Assembly: GCA_030740765.1 (NCBI GenBank)
Contig: JASLWR010000004.1
Coordinates: 24,873 to 88,872 of the forward strand
Direction of reading: 5' to 3'
Origin: Thermoplasmatota archaeon
GTDB taxonomy: Archaea > Thermoplasmatota > Penumbrarchaeia > JASLWR01
Length of the DNA stretch: 64,000 nt
Part shown: positions 58,738 to 64,000 of the stretch, one piece after another
Layout: every line of letters starts with the position of its first letter
Position numbering within the stretch: the first letter of the stretch is position 1
The notes under the pieces: generated by a model
Databases searched by the model: none
What the model was told of the DNA's origin: nothing
What the model saw: only the letters and a program-made list of their open reading frames with translations
Program-made: the position numbers and the translations under genes

Positions 58738-60774
58738 ATGGACGAAGCCCAAAACGATACTGAATCCGATGACGGGTATGAAGAAGACATCCCAGCACCG
58801 AGACGAAGAGATTATATTCCATCCATCGCGATGGCGCTGATATTCTGTGTTGCTATCATCCTGGGATTGGCTCTTTCTCCCATATATACCTCCCAGGGAA
58901 TGAAGGCTTTCAAAAACGAGGATGCGGTTGTCAATCCCCTGCTCTATATTATTTTTATCATTGTGTTTACTATAATAGTCCTCTTCGTGGTCAAGAAGGG
59001 TAAACGGAGCTGGATCAAGTATTTTTTTCTGGGAGCTATCTTTTTTACCATCATAAACGTCGTCTCTCCGGTACTGGACGGAGCGGTTTATGGTGTGGGC
59101 GAGGATTGGGAAAAGAAGACCTATGGGGATGAATTGGCTGCCTGGGATAAATCGGTTTTTGGCGGAAACGAATACGATTTCGCCATTCATGCGGACGGAC
59201 GTTTTGCAGTTTACGAGGATGAAAGTGAAATATTCTCGTATCAAGTGGGTAACCCGGTGGATGACCACGCCGATATCACTGTTTTTTCGTTATCATCCAA
59301 TAATCGTGATGATGCCGTCGCGGTAGCTGTCAAAGGGGCCGGTATCCACCTGTTCACCATTGAAAATTCGGATAAGATCCTACATCGTTTTTCGGCTCCC
59401 GGAAACGTTTCAACTTACCTTTTCGATACCTTGAATAACGATAATTTCGAGTTTACTTCTTGTGTAATTGATAATTCGGGGAACAATCCAACAATAAACT
59501 TGACGTCAATGAACCTGGGATACGATCCCAACGGTACCGTCGTAATTGGCCCGCATTATTATTACGAATATTCACTGGAGAACATAACGAACTCTGACGG
59601 AAAACAGATCCGGATCGGTGGAGAAAACCTCACCACGGCCGTATTGATCCCTGGGAAGAACCATGGGTTGAGGATCTGTCTCTCGGTTAATACCTTGAGT
59701 TACTTATTTAGCCTCCCGGGCCTTGACAATTGCTCCACCGTGAAATTTCCCTCACCCCTTGGATCAACGTACATTCTTGGCGATGGAGGACAAAATGAGC
59801 TGGTTCTATACAATCGTGATAAGTTCGAGGTCTTTTCATTAAGCGATAACGCCGTTGTTTCCATAGCAAAGAAGGTGATGGATGAAAAAATTGATGATCT
59901 GGTAGTTGCAAAAGGGATAAAGGGAGACGACACGGAAGCCGTTTACGTGCTGTCCAATGGTAGGATTCATCTGTTCGGTCCTGATGATTGGAAGGAGGGA
60001 TATGGTTATACCGAAGAAAAGCAGAAAGGGGCAAGCAGACTTTCGGTAAGCGACGCGGATGGTGACGGTCACATAGAGCTGAACCTGCTGTCTGGTAATG
60101 TTGTTCGACAATATGAGATATCCCCGGTGGAAAGGCACATCTGGGTTTGGGCCGTCGGTACTGTGGCAGCTTTGGCCCTGGTGGGAGCCATCCGCTTTCA
60201 CCCCGAGTGGTACGTGGTGGACGGGGTTGGAATCCTGGTGGCAGTTGGAGCCATAGCTCTGATCGGGATATCCCTGGCAATTCTCCCCTCTCTGGTTCTC
60301 CTGGTGATACTCGCCGTGTATGACGCCATATCCGTTTACAAAACAAAACACATGATCGATCTTGCTGACGGCGTTATGGAAATGAGGCTTCCCGTATTAC
60401 TTGTGATACCAAAGGACGGCAATTATTCATTCAGGAAACAAAAAAAATTGACCGAAGAGCTGGATAGCGGCGAGCCCCGGGGCGCCATGTTCATGGGACT
60501 TGGAGATATAATAATTCCCGGTATTCTTATTGTTTCTGCTTTCACCTATCTTCCCGAAGGCGTCCTTTTCGGGATCAGCAAGGCCTTGGTGGTTGCGTTG
60601 GGAGCTTTGATAGGTGGCTTGGTGGGTTTTGTTGCATTGATGAGATTCGTGTTGAAGGGAAATCCCCAGGCAGGACTGCCACTCTTGAACGGCGGAACGA
60701 TACTCGGTTATCTGATATCTTATATGATCCTTTACGGTGATTTTGGTTTTGGTCTAACTTTCAGCCTTTTCTGA
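58738..60774 (+). CDS. Presenilin / signal-peptide-peptidase family intramembrane aspartyl protease with ~450-aa N-terminal extracytoplasmic domain
   Basis: Catalytic motifs LAVYDAISVY (YD) and MGLGDIIIPGILIV (GxGD) lie in polytopic C-terminal half. N-terminal TM segments, then a large domain with Ca-binding-like DADGDGH. Confidence 0.7.
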   Translation: MDEAQNDTESDDGYEEDIPAPRRRDYIPSIAMALIFCVAIILGLALSPIYTSQGMKAFKNEDAVVNPLLYIIFIIVFTIIVLFVVKKGKRSWIKYFFLGAIFFTIINVVSPVLDGAVYGVGEDWEKKTYGDELAAWDKSVFGGNEYDFAIHADGRFAVYEDESEIFSYQVGNPVDDHADITVFSLSSNNRDDAVAVAVKGAGIHLFTIENSDKILHRFSAPGNVSTYLFDTLNNDNFEFTSCVIDNSGNNPTINLTSMNLGYDPNGTVVIGPHYYYEYSLENITNSDGKQIRIGGENLTTAVLIPGKNHGLRICLSVNTLSYLFSLPGLDNCSTVKFPSPLGSTYILGDGGQNELVLYNRDKFEVFSLSDNAVVSIAKKVMDEKIDDLVVAKGIKGDDTEAVYVLSNGRIHLFGPDDWKEGYGYTEEKQKGASRLSVSDADGDGHIELNLLSGNVVRQYEISPVERHIWVWAVGTVAALALVGAIRFHPEWYVVDGVGILVAVGAIALIGISLAILPSLVLLVILAVYDAISVYKTKHMIDLADGVMEMRLPVLLVIPKDGNYSFRKQKKLTEELDSGEPRGAMFMGLGDIIIPGILIVSAFTYLPEGVLFGISKALVVALGALIGGLVGFVALMRFVLKGNPQAGLPLLNGGTILGYLISYMILYGDFGFGLTFSLF

Positions 60775-60780
60775 TACATC

Positions 60781-60895
60781 CGCAGGAATCCTCTTCGGTA
60801 ACCCCCACCGTTTGGTGGGGGCGGAGAAGAGGAAGCAGATTCCTGCGTTTCCGAGGATGAAACCCACAGATTCATCTGTGGGTGATTCATTTATT
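60781..60895 (+). repeat. Intergenic copy (~115 nt) of the hairpin-rich repeat also found inserted at 4372-4596
   Basis: Its first 22 nt (cgcaggaatcctcttcggtaac) pair as an imperfect long inverted repeat with 60827-60848 (gaagaggaagcagattcctgcg); perfectly paired arms are cgcaggaatc/gattcctgcg and ctcttc/gaagag. Inner hairpins cccccaccgtttggtggggg and cccacagattcatctgtggg. Ends in gtgattcat, like the copy at 4596. Confidence 0.55.
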
Positions 60896-60953
60896 TCGGT
60901 TTTCGACCCACGAACTAACTAGTTGACAATACTTTCGGATCGTATACATTAAC

Positions 60954-61190
60954 TCACCCGCATTTCGGGCAAAAATATAATCCTTGGGAGGAGTCTACCA
61001 GGAGCGGGTCACCACATCTGGGACAGATGTTTTCCTGGGGAGTCGCTATTGGCGCCGGTGGGGCTCGGGGCGCAAATTGTGGTGAAACGGGCTCTGCCAT
61101 ACCTTGGAAAGTGTAGTCGTGAATGAAATAATTGTTATCGTCGATATATCCCTTTACATATTCTTTCTTGATGCATGTATTGATGAGCAT
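60954..61190 (-). CDS. Small zinc-ribbon protein (Pro-rich linker plus C-terminal CPRCG...CPKCG)
   Basis: C-terminus ICPRCGDPLLVDSSQGLYFCPKCG. The start may be the internal MAEPV, which would remove the overlap with the upstream gene. Confidence 0.45.
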   Translation of the reverse strand: MLINTCIKKEYVKGYIDDNNYFIHDYTFQGMAEPVSPQFAPRAPPAPIATPQENICPRCGDPLLVDSSQGLYFCPKCG

Positions 61191-61513
61191 TTCGGTCTTG
61201 GGTATAGGTTTGCCGATTTTTTTGCCACTTCCACTATCTTTATCTTTGGATAAGACCGCAGTATTGCGCTGATATCTTGAATCGGTTTGTCCTGCCGATA
61301 TTTATAATAACCGAATATGAAAAAACCAAGCCCGATCATAAAGAAAGGGAAGCCGCAAACAACGGTGAGCATTGTTCCATTAGACTTGTTTTTGGCCTCC
61401 GTATTGTCCTCCAGCCCATCGAAGTAATACGACATCCCCATTATGAGGAAACCTATACCAATAAGTAAGACTATGATTCCGATTGCTCTGTATACGAAGC
61501 CGGGTTTTGCCAT
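61154..61513 (-). CDS. Small membrane protein (two TM helices)
   Basis: Hydrophobic segments AIGIIVLLIGIGFLIMGM and VVCGFPFFMIGLGFFIFGYY. Confidence 0.45.
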   Translation of the reverse strand: MAKPGFVYRAIGIIVLLIGIGFLIMGMSYYFDGLEDNTEAKNKSNGTMLTVVCGFPFFMIGLGFFIFGYYKYRQDKPIQDISAILRSYPKIKIVEVAKKSANLYPRPKCSSIHASRKNM

Positions 61514-61606
61514 AGATAATTACCTGATCCCTATCTAGTACCTCAAGATGTTTTATGAGATCTTACAGGTTTGGCCCGATGTTGGATCGGGGAGTTTATG
61601 ATCGGA

Positions 61607-62242
61607 TTACAGTGGTTTCCCGCAGCCTTTGCAGAATTTATTCCCAGGTGGGGATTGTGAGCCGCAGGCCCCGCAAAATACACCGCCACCACCAGAAGCT
61701 CCTGCTCCCTGTCCCATGACTGAGCCCATCTGCTGGGCCATCATCTTGTATTCCTCCATTTTCTGGGATTTCTTTTGCTGTTCGATAAGCTCGCTCATGC
61801 GGGATTTCACCTGGACCGGATTAGCGACATTTAACCAGGCGACCTCGTATGCTAGAACTCCCATTCCCCTAACTCCTCCTCCACCTGCGGTGTTAAAGCC
61901 TATCATTCCAGCGCCAAATATCCTTGCAAGGAATGGCCGTAGAACCACCGTATCGGTGATCCTGTCATAGGGAGCTTCTTTGAAAGTTTTGCTTAGAATT
62001 CCTGTTTGTGAAATGACCCTTTTATTGGTTGCCGCATATGTCGTGTGTTTCAACATTGCCATTATGACAAAAACAAAAACACCAATGAAGATTGCGTAAC
62101 TTACCAAGCAAATCGCACCGACACCAATATCACCAGCCATAAGATAAATTGAGTATATCAATGCAAATATCGTTACCACAAATAGTGCCGCGAGTCTCGT
62201 CATAATGGATATAAATATGTGGGGCCCCGTTCCCAACCCCAC
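61607..62242 (-). CDS. Membrane protein with bacterial-type PH (bPH_2/YdbS-like) domain and C-terminal zinc ribbon
   Basis: Two N-terminal TM helices. YATNKRVISQTGILSKTFKEAPYDRITDTVV is typical of bPH_2. Gly-rich linker, then CGACGSQSPPGNKFCKGCGKPL. Confidence 0.6.
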   Translation of the reverse strand: MGLGTGPHIFISIMTRLAALFVVTIFALIYSIYLMAGDIGVGAICLVSYAIFIGVFVFVIMAMLKHTTYAATNKRVISQTGILSKTFKEAPYDRITDTVVLRPFLARIFGAGMIGFNTAGGGGVRGMGVLAYEVAWLNVANPVQVKSRMSELIEQQKKSQKMEEYKMMAQQMGSVMGQGAGASGGGGVFCGACGSQSPPGNKFCKGCGKPL

Positions 62243-62603
62243 AGGTCGGCTTATACCGACCCATTGCTATCGTCTTCATTTTAATAAACTCTGGCGAGGG
62301 CGTGCGTTTCTTACGTCGCACGCCCATGTTTGGTTACTATGTACTCAATCATGTTCGCTTTCTCCACCCACGAAAACTCAAAACGTCTGTTTATATTACA
62401 CAAACGAATAAATGTACAATTTGGAATCTCCATATGCAGGGCTCAATAGATCTGGAACACATTTGTCTCAAGGGAAGATTTGTCAAAAATTGCGAAATAA
62501 TCAGACCACCGTGAATTAAATCAACATATTGGGCTTTCCTCAAAGGTAAAGACAAATAATTAAAAGGAAACAATAAAAAAGGGTAAGCAATGTAATTAGG
62601 TAT

Positions 62604-62942
62604 ATGCCATCCCCGGGGAACGCAGCTTCGGATCAGATATTGGGCCTGGAACCCAATGTCTTCTGGGCAGCACTCTTATTTCTACTTGTGCTGGTGGCAG
62701 TATCCTGCTTTTTCATCTACAGGTATCTTTCACGTCGAAAAAGAGGCCTGGCAGAGAATCCGGAAGAGGATCCATTTGAACGGGAAATGGGGCCGTATGG
62801 GGTCTATGACGACAGGGCTCTTATCTCCCGGAAAGTGGATCGTACGACGAAAAAGATGCAGAGGCTGCTGAGTTCCGGCTCAGCTAAGGACGCTAGATTT
62901 CTGAAAATGGACACACGGAAGAGGAAATTACGACGAAAATGA
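62604..62942 (+). CDS. Small single-TM protein with basic C-terminus
   Basis: TM segment FWAALLFLLVLVAVSCFFIY followed by a K/R-rich tail. Confidence 0.4.
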   Translation: MPSPGNAASDQILGLEPNVFWAALLFLLVLVAVSCFFIYRYLSRRKRGLAENPEEDPFEREMGPYGVYDDRALISRKVDRTTKKMQRLLSSGSAKDARFLKMDTRKRKLRRK

Positions 62943-63006
62943 ACTGACGATCCAACGATAACACACACTAAACCATCGAAATACACATCATCAACGAGGA
63001 ATACGC

Positions 63007-63879
63007 ATGGCGCTGATACCCCTTTTCTTCCCGGACTGCGTCGTTGCCATCGGAGTGGGCGACGAGGCGAGCAAGCGAGAATGGAAAGCCTCCGGTTTCC
63101 TTTACGGGCATCTGTCCGATGTAAATGGCTCGGGAGAAAAAAAATACCGGATCTATCTGGTCACGAACCGCCACGTCATAGACGATATAAGGGAATCCCA
63201 CATTTATCTAAGGTTCAATCCGCAGGAGATGGACGAGCCGGTGCACGATTACAATCTCCCATTCTATGACAAGGAGGGGAAAAGCGTATGGGTAGCACAC
63301 CCGGACCCGGATATCGACGTCGCCGTTACCAATATAAACTACATGATGCTGCGTGAACACGCAATGCAGGTGAATTTCTTCAGGAGCGATGTGCACGCGG
63401 CGGGGACAGGGAAACTCGTTGAATTGGGTACCATGGAGGGGGACTTCTGTTACGTGCTCGGTTTCCCAATGGGTCTCGTGAGCAATCGAAGGAATACTGT
63501 AATAGTCCGGAACGGGACAATCGCCCGGATCCGGGGCACCTTGCTCAATAAAAACCCGAATCCGGAATATCTCATCGATTCCTTCGTCTTTCCCGGAAAC
63601 AGTGGGGGTCCTCTCGTTTCCAAGCCAGAATCCATTGCTATCAAGGGAACGAAAGCTCAGAGTTCGGCCTATCTTATAGGAATTATCACGTCTTCTGTCA
63701 GGTACAGGGATGCCGCTGTAAGCACGCAAACCAAAAGGGTCAGAATAATTTTCGAAGAGAATTCGGGACTTGCAGGGGTTCACCCGGTGGATTATATCGA
63801 CGAAGCCATCGACGAACACCTAAGCCGCTTCGGTGATCGTGGCCGGAAGACAGAGGTCTACCACGACCGGCACTCGTAG
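63007..63879 (+). CDS. Trypsin/chymotrypsin-fold (S1-like) serine protease, apparently cytoplasmic (no signal peptide)
   Basis: Catalytic-triad context: TNRHV (His), DIDVAV (Asp), GNSGGPL (Ser). Confidence 0.65.
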   Translation: MALIPLFFPDCVVAIGVGDEASKREWKASGFLYGHLSDVNGSGEKKYRIYLVTNRHVIDDIRESHIYLRFNPQEMDEPVHDYNLPFYDKEGKSVWVAHPDPDIDVAVTNINYMMLREHAMQVNFFRSDVHAAGTGKLVELGTMEGDFCYVLGFPMGLVSNRRNTVIVRNGTIARIRGTLLNKNPNPEYLIDSFVFPGNSGGPLVSKPESIAIKGTKAQSSAYLIGIITSSVRYRDAAVSTQTKRVRIIFEENSGLAGVHPVDYIDEAIDEHLSRFGDRGRKTEVYHDRHS

Positions 63880-64000
63880 GTCAAAGGTGTTTTTCTCCCA
63901 CCATTACTCTTTCTTCCATCCCTTTGTCCTAGCTTCGGACCCCGTGGGTAAATCATCAAGCTGCATCAATACCCCGTCTATCACCCTTAGTTGAAGGGTA

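Noticed and set aside
59708-60351. Minus-strand ORFs of 212 and 170 aa overlapping the presenilin gene.
   Set aside because: Antisense to a gene with clear catalytic motifs; Arg/Pro-rich composition that looks random.
17621-62603. Scan of all intergenic spacers longer than 100 nt for tRNA-like features (GTTC-type T-arm, CCA ends) and for regularly spaced direct repeats (CRISPR).
   Set aside because: No cloverleaf-compatible sequence or TPsiC motif was found by eye, and no repeat-spacer periodicity. Introns could hide tRNAs, so tRNAscan would be needed to confirm.

Overview
This 64-kb window is probably archaeal (Thermoplasmatota-like). The inference rests on split class-I fumarase FumA/FumB, a type-E SdhABC with an HdrB-like CCG subunit, a presenilin/SPP homologue and NadX, with about 47% GC. 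It has two very different halves.

First 24 kb, accessory surface-protein region:
- Four tandem, co-oriented paralogous genes of about 1400-1500 aa occupy 1-17620 on the minus strand.
- The first paralog runs off the window start; this is why it is absent from the ORF track, and its frame is open at both ends.
- Each paralog has a signal peptide and a variable N-terminal head, LamG-like in paralog A and ThuA/GATase1-like in B-D.
- A conserved beta-rich ectodomain follows, with Ig-like modules and a PKD domain, then a DSDGDGFSDGxERE calcium-type motif and one TM helix.
- The cytoplasmic tail is P/Q/G-rich with conserved short motifs and ends in a C4 zinc ribbon (CHSCGNNY...CPVCQTQG).
- Paralog B carries an in-frame 225-nt hairpin-rich repeat insertion whose second copy is intergenic at 60781-60895.
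- A fifth giant gene on the plus strand (1959 aa) has four MAM-like ~150-aa repeats, a TM helix, a poly-acidic stretch, a Zn ribbon and a poly-proline C-terminus.

Remainder, largely central carbon metabolism interrupted by accessory genes:
- Acyl-CoA carboxylase (pccB-accC-bccp), malic enzyme, sucCD, fumAB and sdhABC.
- An uncharacterised three-gene cassette inserted between sucCD and fumAB: two ~150-aa proteins plus an AAA+ P-loop ATPase.
- An IS element with a Zn-ribbon transposase that appears to split a beta-helix/PKD/TM surface-protein gene.
- An IS630 transposase remnant that truncates a DedA-family gene.
- A G8 homopolymer frameshift that splits a TrxR-like oxidoreductase / NapH-like polyferredoxin fusion.
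- A membrane-anchored wHTH regulator with a large ectodomain, followed by a 1418-aa HEAT-repeat protein.
- NadX, endonuclease III, a presenilin homologue with a large N-terminal ectodomain, and several small Zn-ribbon membrane proteins.
- Across the window, a recurrent architecture of ectodomain-TM-cytoplasmic Zn ribbon.

No rRNA, tRNA or CRISPR array was recognised. Two structured non-coding regions (24348-25096 and 58418-58737) are flagged.
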